Shown piece by piece: positions 1-9,185 of a DNA stretch of 64,000 nucleotides (within the stretch, counting starts at the first letter, position 1; the number at the start of each line of letters is the position of its first letter). A program made the translations under genes and the position numbers. The notes under the pieces were generated by a model, which was not told the origin of the DNA, searched no databases, and saw nothing but the letters and a program-made list of their open reading frames with translations. The DNA comes from Thalassobaculaceae bacterium (GTDB lineage: Bacteria > Pseudomonadota > Alphaproteobacteria > Thalassobaculales > Thalassobaculaceae), in contig OZ245843.1 of the NCBI GenBank assembly GCA_965228875.1, positions 4,417,971-4,481,970 on the forward strand, in the 5' to 3' direction.

Positions 1-264
1 CAGCACGGTGTCCTTGCCCGACGCGCCGGTCATGTCCCGTCCCATGCCGGGCCGGCCGTTCTCGGCCTTGAAGTGCTGCTGATAGCGGAAGTCGATGAGC
101 GTGTTCAGGGCGGCGACGCACTCGACGACCACATCGCCGCCGCGCCCGCCATCGCCGCCGTTCGGCCCGCCGAACTCAATGAAGGCCTCGCGCCGGAAGC
201 TGAGACAGCCCGGACCGCCATGCCCGCTGCGCATATAGACCTTGGCCTGATCGAGGAACTTCAC
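1..264 (-). CDS. obgE: GTPase ObgE/CgtA, N-terminal part (runs off the window)
   Basis: My translation of the minus strand from GTG at 264: (M)[44 protein letters not shown], the Obg N-terminal glycine-rich domain. GGAGGA RBS upstream; follows rpmA as usual. Confidence 0.95.
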   Translation of the reverse strand, partial: MKFLDQAKVYMRSGHGGPGCLSFRREAFIEFGGPNGGDGGRGGDVVVECVAALNTLIDFRYQQHFKAENGRPGMGRDMTGASGKDTVL

Positions 265-316
265 GTCATGTCCTCCGCGACCGCGCGGGGAAGACAGCAT
301 CCTGCGCGCGGATACG

Positions 317-344
317 AAAAAAGGGAACGGCGAACCGTTCCCTT
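317..344 (-). terminator. Rho-independent terminator downstream of rpmA
   Basis: Perfect stem AAGGGAACGG/CCGTTCCCTT with a 4-nt loop (UUCG on the minus strand), followed by a T-run on the minus strand. Confidence 0.8.
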
Positions 345-373
345 CCAGGCCGCTCCGGACATCCGGGGCGGCG

Positions 374-658
374 TTACTCGGCCGGCGCCTCCGCGGCGTC
401 GACGGTGGCCACCGGCGCGACCCCGATGAAGGTCTTGCCACGGGTGTGGCGGAACTCGACGGTGCCCTCGACCTTGGCGAAGATCGTGTGATCCTTGCCC
501 ATGCCGACATTGGCGCCGGGGTGGAACTTGGTGCCGCGCTGGCGGACCAGGATGTTCCCCGGGATGACGGCCTCGCCGCCGAACTTCTTCACGCCCAGGC
601 GGCGACCCTCTGAGTCGCGGCCGTTACGGGAGCTACCGCCTGCCTTTTTATGGGCCAT
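374..658 (-). CDS. rpmA: 50S ribosomal protein L27
   Basis: [28 protein letters not shown] signature. Confidence 0.99.
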   Translation of the reverse strand: MAHKKAGGSSRNGRDSEGRRLGVKKFGGEAVIPGNILVRQRGTKFHPGANVGMGKDHTIFAKVEGTVEFRHTRGKTFIGVAPVATVDAAEAPAE

Positions 659-680
659 GGGTCTACTCTCCTCTGACTAC

Positions 681-998
681 TCAGGCGCCGGCACGGATGT
701 CGGTCACGCGCAGCACGGTGACCGGCTGGCGATGACCGCGGGTGCGGCGATGGTTCTTGCGGCGGCGCTTCTTGAAGATCGTGATCTTCGGACCCTTGCG
801 CTGGTCCACGACTTCGGCGGCGACGGAAGCACCGGTGACCAGGGGCGCGCCGACGGTCACCTTGGCGTCGTCGCCGACCATCAGAACCTGGTCGAGCTCG
901 ACCGTGGCGCCGGCCTCGGCGTCGAGCTTCTCGACCTTGATTACGTCCCCGGAGGCGACCTTGTACTGCTTGCCGCCGGTTTTAACGACTGCGAACAT
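681..998 (-). CDS. rplU: 50S ribosomal protein L21
   Basis: [14 protein letters not shown]...GHRQPVT signature; upstream of rpmA. Confidence 0.99.
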   Translation of the reverse strand: MFAVVKTGGKQYKVASGDVIKVEKLDAEAGATVELDQVLMVGDDAKVTVGAPLVTGASVAAEVVDQRKGPKITIFKKRRRKNHRRTRGHRQPVTVLRVTDIRAGA

Positions 999-1233
999 CG
1001 GCTCGATCCTGGCAAAACAACTGGGCGCGCCGAACTGCCGGCACGCAACGGAGCGCGCACTATACGGATCGCGCCCGCCCTGTCAACACGCCCTGTGTGT
1101 CGCCGGACGCGGAATCTCCACGGAAAGAAATCGGGGAAAGAAATCGGACCGTCGAATGCACTGCAGCGTGCATCCAGGCTTGCATCGCGCAACGGCTTTG
1201 ACTAGGTTCGCCGCCTGCCGCGACAGAGCCAGT

Positions 1234-1323
<90 letters not shown>

Positions 1324-1344
1324 GTTTCCGCCAGAGGCGGAAAC
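1324..1344 (+). terminator. Hairpin immediately after tRNA-Ser (probable terminator or processing stem)
   Basis: GTTTCCGCC-AGA-GGCGGAAAC perfect 9-bp inverted repeat; no clear U-tract. Confidence 0.5.
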
Positions 1345-1535
1345 TCCATAAATCATGTCGATATCCTAGGTCCGGATCAGTCCCGCCGCCTGCGCGGGTT
1401 CTTCGCGCGGAGCGGCTTCGGCCCGGCACGCCGAATGGCGTCCGGACAGCGGCCGCTCGTTCTCTGCCCCCGCGCAGTCTCTGATCCTGCTCGTGGCCGT
1501 CGGCCGCCGTCCCCGGTCTCTACCCTGCGATGTCT

Positions 1536-2135
1536 CTACTGCCAGCCCGGGACCCCGGACATGTCTGGCAGATCGTGGGCGATGCCCTTGTGGCAGTCGA
1601 TGCAGGTCCTGTCGCCCGCGACCAGGAGCGATCGGTGCGCGTTTGCCGCGCGCGGACTCTGGCGCGTGAAGTCCATGGACTCCTCGCTGTGGCAGTTCCG
1701 GCACTCCAGCGAGTCGTTGGTCTTCAGGCGATGCCATTCGTGCTGCGCCAGGCGCAGGCGCTCCTCAAGGAACTCGTCGCGGGTGTCGATCGTGCCGAAG
1801 ATCGCGCCCCAGACCTCCTTGGAGGCCTGCATCTTGCGCGCGATCTTGTCGGTCCAGTTGTGCGGGACGTGGCAGTCCGGGCACGTCGCCCGGACGCCGG
1901 AGGGGTTGGAGAAGTGCACCGTGGTCTGCAGCTCGACATAGACGTTGTCGCGCATCTCGTGGCAGCCGATGCAGAAGGTCTCCGTGTTCGTGGCTTCCAA
2001 GGCGGTGTTGAAACCGCCCCAGAACAGGATTCCGGCCAGGAAGCCACCCACCGTCAGGGTACCGAGGCTGAGATGCACCGCCGGGCGACTGAGAGTCCGC
2101 CAATAGGTCAGCGCCAGAGTCCATAGCTTGCGCAT
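1536..2135 (-). CDS. napC: NapC/NirT tetraheme cytochrome c
   Basis: N-terminal TM helix; four CxxCH motifs (CIGCH, CPDCH, CRNCH, CIDCH); start set at MRKLWTL. Confidence 0.96.
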   Translation of the reverse strand: MRKLWTLALTYWRTLSRPAVHLSLGTLTVGGFLAGILFWGGFNTALEATNTETFCIGCHEMRDNVYVELQTTVHFSNPSGVRATCPDCHVPHNWTDKIARKMQASKEVWGAIFGTIDTRDEFLEERLRLAQHEWHRLKTNDSLECRNCHSEESMDFTRQSPRAANAHRSLLVAGDRTCIDCHKGIAHDLPDMSGVPGWQ

Positions 2136-2145
2136 GACGGCCGGC

Positions 2146-2613
2146 CTACTGGCGCCCGGCGGCGCTGATGAGCGTGTCGATGTCGACGAAGTCGTTCTCG
2201 ACGATCGGACGGGCATCAAGCTGCGGCACGTGGCACTGGTTGCAGAAATAGCGCCGGGGGGAGACGGCCGCCAGGAACTGGCCCTCGCGGTCCATGAAAT
2301 GGGTGATGCTCACCATCGGCGCGCCACTCTCCGCGGTGCGGGCGCGGGCATGGCAGGACAGGCACTGGTTGGCGTTGCGGTCCACCTGGTAGCCATCGAT
2401 GTGATGCGGGATGGTGGGCGGTTGCTCGGGGTAGTTCCGCATCCGCCGGACGGCGCCGTCCTCCACGCGGGTCATGCGGGGGGAGAGGGCGTTTTCGGCC
2501 AGGGGCGCCTCCCCCCGCATGCCGGAGACCTCAGGCCGCCGGGTTTCCTGTGTGAAGGCGACCGAGGCCAGACTGACCAGCACTACGACTGTCGCCGCCG
2601 GAATTCGCAGCAT
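2146..2613 (-). CDS. napB: Periplasmic nitrate reductase diheme cytochrome c subunit
   Basis: Signal peptide, [17 protein letters not shown] and CNQCH motifs. Confidence 0.96.
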   Translation of the reverse strand: MLRIPAATVVVLVSLASVAFTQETRRPEVSGMRGEAPLAENALSPRMTRVEDGAVRRMRNYPEQPPTIPHHIDGYQVDRNANQCLSCHARARTAESGAPMVSITHFMDREGQFLAAVSPRRYFCNQCHVPQLDARPIVENDFVDIDTLISAAGRQ

Positions 2614-2638
2614 GGTTCCCTCCTGGCGATCCTGATGT

Positions 2639-5143
2639 TCAGACCTTCTCGATCCGGACGGCGCATTTCTTGAAGTCCGTCTGCTTCGAGATCGGGTCGG
2701 TGGCGTCGAGCGTGACTTTGTTGATGAGCTGGCTGGCGTCGAACCACGGCACGAACACCAGGCCCCTGGGGGGGCGGTTGCGTCCGCGCGTCTCGACGCG
2801 GGTCCGCATGCGGCCGCGGCGGGAGATCACGGCGATCTCGTCCCCCCGACGCAGATCCAGCGAGCGGGCGTCCTCCGGATGCATGTAGCAGACCGCGTCC
2901 GGCACCGCCTTGTAGAGCTCCGGGACGCGCTGGGTCATCGATCCGGAGTGCCAGTGTTCCAGCACCCGGCCGGTCGACAGCCAAAACGGATAGTCGTCGT
3001 CCGGGCTCTCCGCCGGCGGCTCGTAGGGCAGGGCGAAGATCCGCGCCCGGCCGTCCTTGTGGCCGTAGAACTCCACACCGGCCCCCGCGGTGACGTAGGG
3101 ATCGTACCCCTCGCGGTAGCGCCACCGGGTCTCCTTGCCGTCGACCACCGGCCAGCGCAGGCCGCGCGCCTGGTGGTAGGTGTCGAAGGGGGCGAGGTCG
3201 TGGCCGTGATGGCGGCCGAATTCGGCGTACTCCTCGAACAGGCCCTTCTGGATGTAGAAGCCGAACGCCTCCGCTTCCCGGTTCTCGTAGTCGCCGGAGG
3301 TCTCCTCCAGCGGATACCGGTCGACCTGGCCGTTGGCGAAAAGCACGTCGTACAGGGTCCTGTCGCGATACGCCGGCATCTGCGCCAGCAGGTCCTCCGG
3401 CCAGACTTCGTCCACCCGAAAGCGCTTGGAGAACTCCACGAGTTGCCAGAGATCGGAGCGGGCCTCGCCCGGCGCGTCCACGAGCTGGTGCCAGAACTGG
3501 GTGCGCCGCTCGGCGTTGCCGTAGGCGCCTTCCTTCTCCACCCACATGGCGGTGGGAAGGATCAGGTCGGCCGCCTCGCAGGTGACCGTCGGATAGGCGT
3601 CGGACACGACGATGAAGTTCTCCGGGTTCCGGTAGCCCGGAAGCGTCTCCTCCATCATGTTGGGCGCGGCCTGCATGTTGTTGTTGACCTGCACCCAGTA
3701 GGCGTTGAGTTCGCCGTCCCTGAGCTTCCGGTTCTGCAGGACCGCGTGATAGCCCGGCTTTTCCGGGATCGTGCCCGCCGGCAGCTTCCAGATCCTCTCG
3801 GCCGTCGCCCGGTGGTCAGGGTTGGTGACGACCAGATCGGCCGGCAGGCGGTGGGCGAACGTCCCGACCTCGCGCGCGGTGCCGCAGGCCGAGGGCTGGC
3901 CGGTCAGCGAGAACGGGCTGTTGCCCGGCTCGGCGATCTTTCCGGTCAGAAGATGGATGTTGTAGATCAGGTTGTTGGCCCAGACGCCTCGGGTGTGCTG
4001 GTTGAAGCCCATGGTCCAGAACGACGTCACCTTGACGTCCGGATCGGCGTAGAGCTCGGCCATCTCAAGCAGGCGCTCCTTCGGCACGCCCGACATCTCG
4101 TGCGCCTTGTCCAGCGTGTACTCGGAGACGAACTCGGCGAACTCGTCGAAGGTCATGTCCGTGGAGCCGCCGACGGCCCCGGCGTTCTTCGCCTTCCTCT
4201 CCAGCGGATGCTCCGGGCGCAGGCCGTAGCCGATATCGGTGTTGCCGCGCCGGAACACCGTATGCTTGTCGACGAAGGCGTGGTTGACCCGGCCGGTCTG
4301 GATGATGTGGTTGGCGATGAAGTTCAGCAGCACCAGGTCGGTCTGCGGCTTGAACACCATCGCGATGTCCGCGAGATCGAAGCACCGGTGCTCGAAGGTC
4401 GACAGCACGCCGACCTTCACATGCGGCGCGCTGAGACGTCTGTCGGTCACCCGCGTCCACAGGATCGGGTGCATCTCCGCCATGTTGGAGCCCCACAGGA
4501 AGAACGCGTCCGCCGCCTCGATGTCGTCGTAGCAGCCCATCGGCTCGTCCATGCCGAAGGTGCGCATGAAGCCGCCGACGGCCGAGGCCATGCAGTGGCG
4601 GGCGTTGGGGTCGATGTTGTTCGATCGGAACCCTGCCTTGAACAGCTTGGAGGCGGCGTACCCCTCCCAGACGGTCCATTGGCCGGAGCCGAACATGCCG
4701 ACGGCGGAGGGACCCTTCTCCGCGAGGGCCTTCTTGAACTTCTCCGCCATGATGTCGAAGGCCTGGTCCCAGCTCACCGGGGTGAAGGCGCCATCCTTGG
4801 CGTACGCGCCGTCCCGCATGCGCAGCAGCGGCGTCGTCAGGCGATCGCGGCCGTACATGATCTTCGACAGGAAGTAGCCCTTGACGCAGTTCAGGCCCCG
4901 GTTGACCTCGGCCTTGGCGTCGCCATGGGTGGCCACGACCCGGTTGTCCTTGGTGGCGACCATCACCGAGCAGCCGGTGCCGCAGAACCGGCAGGGTGCC
5001 TTCGACCACTTCAGGTCCGTCTGCGACCGGTCGGTGACCAGGTTCTGGGCCGCGGCGGGCGCCGCCAGACCCGCGGCCGCGGTCGCGGCCAGCAAAGCCT
5101 GCGCCTTGAGAACGTCCCGCCTGCTCGTTCTAACCTTGTTCAT
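2639..5143 (-). CDS. napA: Periplasmic nitrate reductase catalytic subunit
   Basis: Tat motif [15 protein letters not shown]...NCVKG Fe-S motif, [11 protein letters not shown]-terminal [17 protein letters not shown] before ATG 5143. Confidence 0.98.
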   Translation of the reverse strand: MNKVRTSRRDVLKAQALLAATAAAGLAAPAAAQNLVTDRSQTDLKWSKAPCRFCGTGCSVMVATKDNRVVATHGDAKAEVNRGLNCVKGYFLSKIMYGRDRLTTPLLRMRDGAYAKDGAFTPVSWDQAFDIMAEKFKKALAEKGPSAVGMFGSGQWTVWEGYAASKLFKAGFRSNNIDPNARHCMASAVGGFMRTFGMDEPMGCYDDIEAADAFFLWGSNMAEMHPILWTRVTDRRLSAPHVKVGVLSTFEHRCFDLADIAMVFKPQTDLVLLNFIANHIIQTGRVNHAFVDKHTVFRRGNTDIGYGLRPEHPLERKAKNAGAVGGSTDMTFDEFAEFVSEYTLDKAHEMSGVPKERLLEMAELYADPDVKVTSFWTMGFNQHTRGVWANNLIYNIHLLTGKIAEPGNSPFSLTGQPSACGTAREVGTFAHRLPADLVVTNPDHRATAERIWKLPAGTIPEKPGYHAVLQNRKLRDGELNAYWVQVNNNMQAAPNMMEETLPGYRNPENFIVVSDAYPTVTCEAADLILPTAMWVEKEGAYGNAERRTQFWHQLVDAPGEARSDLWQLVEFSKRFRVDEVWPEDLLAQMPAYRDRTLYDVLFANGQVDRYPLEETSGDYENREAEAFGFYIQKGLFEEYAEFGRHHGHDLAPFDTYHQARGLRWPVVDGKETRWRYREGYDPYVTAGAGVEFYGHKDGRARIFALPYEPPAESPDDDYPFWLSTGRVLEHWHSGSMTQRVPELYKAVPDAVCYMHPEDARSLDLRRGDEIAVISRRGRMRTRVETRGRNRPPRGLVFVPWFDASQLINKVTLDATDPISKQTDFKKCAVRIEKV

Positions 5144-5444
5144 CACCGACTCCTTCAGCATTCCCGTTCACCGCGTCCGCCGCCGGAGCGGGCGGGGACG
5201 CATCGATGTCGATCCCGTGAAAGACCAGGTTGCAGCTCAGGACGCCGGCGAGGCCCGTGAACCGGTGCGCCAGGTCGGCGATCGTTCCCTGATCGGGGCT
5301 CTCGAGCACGGCGATCAGCGTCCCGGTCGGATGTGTCACGGGCACCTCCACGCCGGGCTCGGCCGCGACCATGGCGGCAAGCGATTGCAGCGCCGTCGGT
5401 CGGCACTGGATCAGCAGACTGGCGATGTGGCATTCGGTGCTCAT
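5130..5444 (-). CDS. napD: NapD chaperone
   Basis: [16 protein letters not shown]...GTLIAVLES...[12 protein letters not shown]; lies between napF and napA with ATGA coupling to napF. Confidence 0.9.
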   Translation of the reverse strand: MSTECHIASLLIQCRPTALQSLAAMVAAEPGVEVPVTHPTGTLIAVLESPDQGTIADLAHRFTGLAGVLSCNLVFHGIDIDASPPAPAADAVNGNAEGVGDEQG

Positions 5445-5971
5445 GCCGCCTCCGCGCACATAGTGATGGCGCCGACGGGGCAGGAGCCGGCACAGGCGCC
5501 GCAGCCGGTGCACTTGTCCGGATCGACCTCCGGGCGGGGCGGTCCGCCGAGACGCGGTCGGAACCGCATGGCGGCCTCGCCGCAGACGTCCCGACAGGCC
5601 TCGCAATGGACGCCGGCAGCGGCGAGGCAGCACCGATCGGAGATAGCGGGGCGTACGGTCCAGGCCGGGCCGCCGCTGGGCTCGAAGACCTCCGCGGTGC
5701 AGCTCCGGGCACACGCCCCGCAGAAGGTGCACTCGCCCGAACCGCTTCCGAAGTCGATCTCGGGGAAGCCGCCTTCGCCGGCGATGAGGATGTGTTCCGG
5801 ACAGGCGTCGATGCAGTCACCGCAGCGTGTACAGGCATCGAGGACGCGCCGGGTATCGGTCCATGGCGGACGGAGCGCCTCGGACGCCCGCGCCGCCGCC
5901 GGCCGAAGGGCGCCTGTCAGAAAGGCCCGGCGGGCGCGGTCGGGCCGGTCCGATGGCTGCGCTCGGGTCAT
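5441..5971 (-). CDS. napF: Ferredoxin-type protein NapF
   Basis: RRAFLTG, LRPPW and repeated CxxCxxCxxxC ferredoxin motifs. Confidence 0.93.
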   Translation of the reverse strand: MTRAQPSDRPDRARRAFLTGALRPAAARASEALRPPWTDTRRVLDACTRCGDCIDACPEHILIAGEGGFPEIDFGSGSGECTFCGACARSCTAEVFEPSGGPAWTVRPAISDRCCLAAAGVHCEACRDVCGEAAMRFRPRLGGPPRPEVDPDKCTGCGACAGSCPVGAITMCAEAA

Positions 5972-6132
5972 CCGGCCGGCGGTCCCGGCGGCCCGAGGAG
6001 GATCTGCGATATCCAGACGACGAACCCGTAGGCCCCGACGAACCCGACGGCGAGCCCGGGGAACACCACGAAGGTGGTCACCAGGAAGGCCATGACTTCC
6101 TGGCGTCGGGTTGCCGGCGGTTCGTCGCGCAT
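5968..6132 (-). CDS. napE: NapE membrane protein (start uncertain, may extend to 6159)
   Basis: RRQEVMAFLVTTFVVFPGLAVGFVGAYGFVVWISQILLGPPGPP, typical NapE; first gene of the operon. Confidence 0.9.
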   Translation of the reverse strand: MRDEPPATRRQEVMAFLVTTFVVFPGLAVGFVGAYGFVVWISQILLGPPGPPAG

Positions 6133-6250
6133 ATTGCCTCGCGCAAGCCCGGACATCACGCTGAGCCCTCCCTAGTCGTTCGGCATTCTTTTTCGACGAT
6201 CGAGCGTCGTTTGTTGTCGTCGACGCTACGCCGGCACCGGCTCGACCGCC

Positions 6251-6264
6251 TTGACTTCGGTCAA
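6251..6264. promoter_or_regulatory. FNR/Dnr/NnrR-type binding palindrome
   Basis: TTGAC-TTCG-GTCAA, a symmetric variant of TTGAT-N4-ATCAA, between napE and the divergent Crp/Fnr gene. Confidence 0.7.
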
Positions 6265-6323
6265 GCGCAACGATCTTCTGAGCCGAGCGTCTCAATTATT
6301 TCCCGCCGTCCGTCGGTACCGTC

Positions 6324-7022
6324 ATGCTCGCCGCTGAAGATCTCAGGGCCGCCACCCTCTTCTCACGTCTCTCGGATCCCGAGGTCGACGCCCTGATCCC
6401 GATCCTCCGGGTCCAAGACCTGCCCAAGGGGACGTCGCTGTTCCGCGAGGGGGAGCCGATGGACCGGCTCTATCTCGTCATCAGCGGCTGGGTCACGCTG
6501 TTCCGCGATACCAGCGCCGGCCAGCGCGTGGTCATCCGGGTCTTCGGTCCCGGCGAAACCCTGGCTGAGGCGGCGTTGTTCCTCGACAGTATGTTTCCGG
6601 TCAGCGGTGAGGTGGCGGAGAATGCCCGCCTGGCCTCCCTGGATCGTCGAGCGTTCGAGCGGCTGCTCACGACCTCACCGCGGGTTGCCACCGGCATGAT
6701 CGCTTCGCTGGCCATGCACCTGCGTGCCCTGACGATCGAGATCGAACAACTCAAGACCCGCACCGCCACGGAGCGCGTCGCAGCCTTTCTGCTTACATGC
6801 TGCCCCGACCGGGGGCAGGCGGACTGCAGTTTCGAGTTGCCCTACGACAAGAGCCTGATCGCCCAGCGCCTGGGCATGCAACCGGAGAGCCTTTCCCGGA
6901 ATCTGGCCAGACTTCGTTCACACGGGATCTCCGTGGACCGCAATCGGGTGATTGTCGGCTCTCCGGGGGCTTTGGAACAAGCTCTGCGATCCGGCGACCT
7001 CGGGCGGTCGTTGGCGGGCTAG
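6324..7022 (+). CDS. Crp/Fnr-family transcriptional regulator (Dnr/NnrR-like, no N-terminal Fe-S Cys cluster)
   Basis: cNMP-binding fold (LFREGE...FGPGETLAE), ERVAAFLL, HTH recognition helix LGMQPESLSR. Confidence 0.92.
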   Translation: MLAAEDLRAATLFSRLSDPEVDALIPILRVQDLPKGTSLFREGEPMDRLYLVISGWVTLFRDTSAGQRVVIRVFGPGETLAEAALFLDSMFPVSGEVAENARLASLDRRAFERLLTTSPRVATGMIASLAMHLRALTIEIEQLKTRTATERVAAFLLTCCPDRGQADCSFELPYDKSLIAQRLGMQPESLSRNLARLRSHGISVDRNRVIVGSPGALEQALRSGDLGRSLAG

Positions 7023-7232
7023 GACGCGCGGCCTGTTCTCGACGGAACTGTCGCCACCTGTGGTGGAAGACTTGTGCCGGAAGCCGGCCGGGTGGGTTGA
7101 CGGAAGACCGCCGGGGGCCGCAGACTTCGTCCCGGGTTTCACCAAGGCATCAACCTGCGAAGGCGTCGGGGCCGGCACCGTTGCGTGCGATCCCTGAGCG
7201 TCGGATGAGGCAGGCGTCGAAAGGGGGCGGAC

Positions 7233-7688
7233 GTGGCGGTACGGTCTGTTTGGAGGACGATCGCTTGGTGGAGGACGGCGGCCGTTGCGGTCGCGCTGGC
7301 GACTGTTGCCGCCTTCTGGCCCTTCGACGCGCGGGCGGAGCAGAGGCTGGTCGTCGAACTGAACAAGCTCGAGAGTTTCGACGGCGGGTGCCGGACCTTC
7401 TTCCTCCTGCGCAACGCCGGGGGCGAGGCTTTCCAGTCGCTCGACATGTCGCTCGCGGTGCTGGACGGCGACGGCCGCATCGATCGCCTGCTGACCGTCG
7501 ATGCGGCGCCCGTACCGGCGGACAGGACGAGCCTGAAGCTGTTCGAGATTCCTGACGTCGCCTGCGACGGCGTCGGCGAACTGCTCCTGTACGAGATCGG
7601 CGCGTGCGCGACCGGATCCGACGACGGCGGCGACTGTTTCGACAGGGTCGAGTTGCGGTCGCGGGCGTCGATCCCGTTCGTGAAATAG
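7233..7688 (+). CDS. Exported hypothetical protein preceding exbBD (start uncertain)
   Basis: Signal-like N-terminus ending ARA-E; VELNKLE motif; four Cys; first gene of the exbB-exbD-exbD run. Confidence 0.7.
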   Translation: MAVRSVWRTIAWWRTAAVAVALATVAAFWPFDARAEQRLVVELNKLESFDGGCRTFFLLRNAGGEAFQSLDMSLAVLDGDGRIDRLLTVDAAPVPADRTSLKLFEIPDVACDGVGELLLYEIGACATGSDDGGDCFDRVELRSRASIPFVK

Positions 7689-7705
7689 CGCGCGACGGTC
7701 CTCCG

Positions 7706-8317
7706 ATGAGCATGTCTGCGATGATGGCTGCCGGAGGACCGATCGTTCTCCTTCTTCTGGTGCTCTCGGCGGTTTCGCTGGCGTTGATCGTCGCCAAGGC
7801 GGTGCAGATCGTCGGCGTCGCGCGTGGCCGGTCGACCCGGCTGGCGGCGGCTCGGGCCTGGGCCGAGAGCGGCGGCTCGGCGGCTGAGTTCGATGCCGGA
7901 GCCTTCGCCGGTCCGGTCGGACGCGTGTTCGAGGCCGCGGTTTCCGATCCGGCGGCGCCCGCGTCCACCCGCCACGCCCGTGCCGAGCGGGTCGCGCGCG
8001 GTGAACTGGCCGGGCTGCGCTCGACCCTCCGCCTGCTGGAGGTGATCGCTGTGGTCAGCCCGCTGCTTGGCCTCCTCGGCACGGTCACCGGGCTGATCGA
8101 GGCGTTTCAGGCGTTGGAGCAGGTCGGCGGCGGAGCCAACGCCTCGGTCCTCTCCGGCGGTATCTGGCAGGCGCTGCTGACGACGGCGATGGGGCTGATC
8201 GTCGCCATCCCCGCGGCGGCGGCGGGCAATCTTCTGGACGCAAGGGTCGAGGCCGCCGCCGTCGAGATGGAAAACCTGGCGAGCGTGGTGTTCGGCGAAA
8301 CGCTGGAAGCGCCTTAG
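7706..8317 (+). CDS. exbB: MotA/TolQ/ExbB proton channel protein
   Basis: SPLLGLLGTVTGLIEAF and GGIWQALLTTAMGLIVAIPA signatures. Confidence 0.93.
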   Translation: MSMSAMMAAGGPIVLLLLVLSAVSLALIVAKAVQIVGVARGRSTRLAAARAWAESGGSAAEFDAGAFAGPVGRVFEAAVSDPAAPASTRHARAERVARGELAGLRSTLRLLEVIAVVSPLLGLLGTVTGLIEAFQALEQVGGGANASVLSGGIWQALLTTAMGLIVAIPAAAAGNLLDARVEAAAVEMENLASVVFGETLEAP

Positions 8318-8331
8318 GGGCGGGCGGACAG

Positions 8332-8766
8332 ATGCGGCTGACGCGACGGCAGAGACCGAAAGCCCTGATCTCGCTGACGCCCCTGGTCGACGTCGTGCTG
8401 ATCCTGCTGGTCTTCTTCATGGTGACCTCAAGCTACCTTGATCTCGACGCCTTTCCGCTGGTCGACCGGACCGACCGGCCAACCGCCGACGGCGCGGTGA
8501 CGGGAGATGCCGGCGAAACCGAGGCAGGCGCACGGTCCTCCATGATGATCCTGCGCCTGGGGGCGGACGAGATGGCGCGGGGGCCGGGATTCGCGGTACC
8601 GCTGGCGCGGATGGAAGAGGTTCGCCCGATCCTGGCGGAGTATCCCCGGATCGCGATCCTGCCCTCGGGTGGCGCCTCGCTTCAGGGGCTCGTGACCGCC
8701 CTGGACGCGCTGACGGCCATGGGGATGGCCGATGTCCAGATCGTCCGGATCGGGGGCCAGCCGTGA
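8332..8766 (+). CDS. exbD: ExbD/TolR family protein
   Basis: ISLTPLVDVVLILLVFFMV transmembrane motif with the conserved Asp. Confidence 0.92.
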   Translation: MRLTRRQRPKALISLTPLVDVVLILLVFFMVTSSYLDLDAFPLVDRTDRPTADGAVTGDAGETEAGARSSMMILRLGADEMARGPGFAVPLARMEEVRPILAEYPRIAILPSGGASLQGLVTALDALTAMGMADVQIVRIGGQP

Positions 8767-9167
8767 ACCTGCGTCAGGACCGCGCCCGAACCCCGTATGA
8801 CAGCATCGCACCGCTGATAAATCTGTCGTTCCTGCTGCTGGTCTACTTTCTCCTGATCGGCACATTCGATGCGAGTGCGCCGTTCGACGTCTACCCGCCG
8901 GTGGCGCGGACCGGCCAGGATCTGCCGGCCGGCGGGTCGGTCCTGAGTCTCTCGGCCGACGGCGATGTGGCGTTCGACGGCGAGACCGTCGAACGGGAGA
9001 CTCTTGAAGCGGTGGCGCGCGCGGCGATCTCGGCGTCGCCGGAAAAGCGCTTCCTGCGGGTCAACGCCGATGGCCGGCTGCGCGTCCAAGAGATCCTGCC
9101 GCTGATCGACCTGATGGAGACGGCCGGAGCGACGACGGTGGTCCTGGTCGTCACTCCGCCCGGCTGA
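8763..9167 (+). CDS. exbD: Second ExbD/TolR family protein (Asn in place of the TM Asp)
   Basis: IAPLINLSFLLLVYFLL and RVNADGRL; 4-bp overlap with the first exbD. Confidence 0.88.
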   Translation: MNLRQDRARTPYDSIAPLINLSFLLLVYFLLIGTFDASAPFDVYPPVARTGQDLPAGGSVLSLSADGDVAFDGETVERETLEAVARAAISASPEKRFLRVNADGRLRVQEILPLIDLMETAGATTVVLVVTPPG

Positions 9168-9185
9168 CCGGATGGGGGGCGGGTC

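Noticed and set aside
2879..5260. Long antisense or alternative-frame ORFs (e.g. 2879-5260, 21408-23261, 38499-40445, 46672-49041, 53596-55416)
   Set aside because: Shadows of real genes caused by high-GC codon bias; no recognisable motifs.
7040..7115. Partial resemblance to cobalamin riboswitch 3' motifs (AACTGT, GCCAC, GGAAG, GAAGACCGCC) upstream of the exbBD operon
   Set aside because: The 5' core (AGGGAA...CCCC) is missing and would fall inside the Crp/Fnr gene. An Rfam scan is needed; not supportable by eye.
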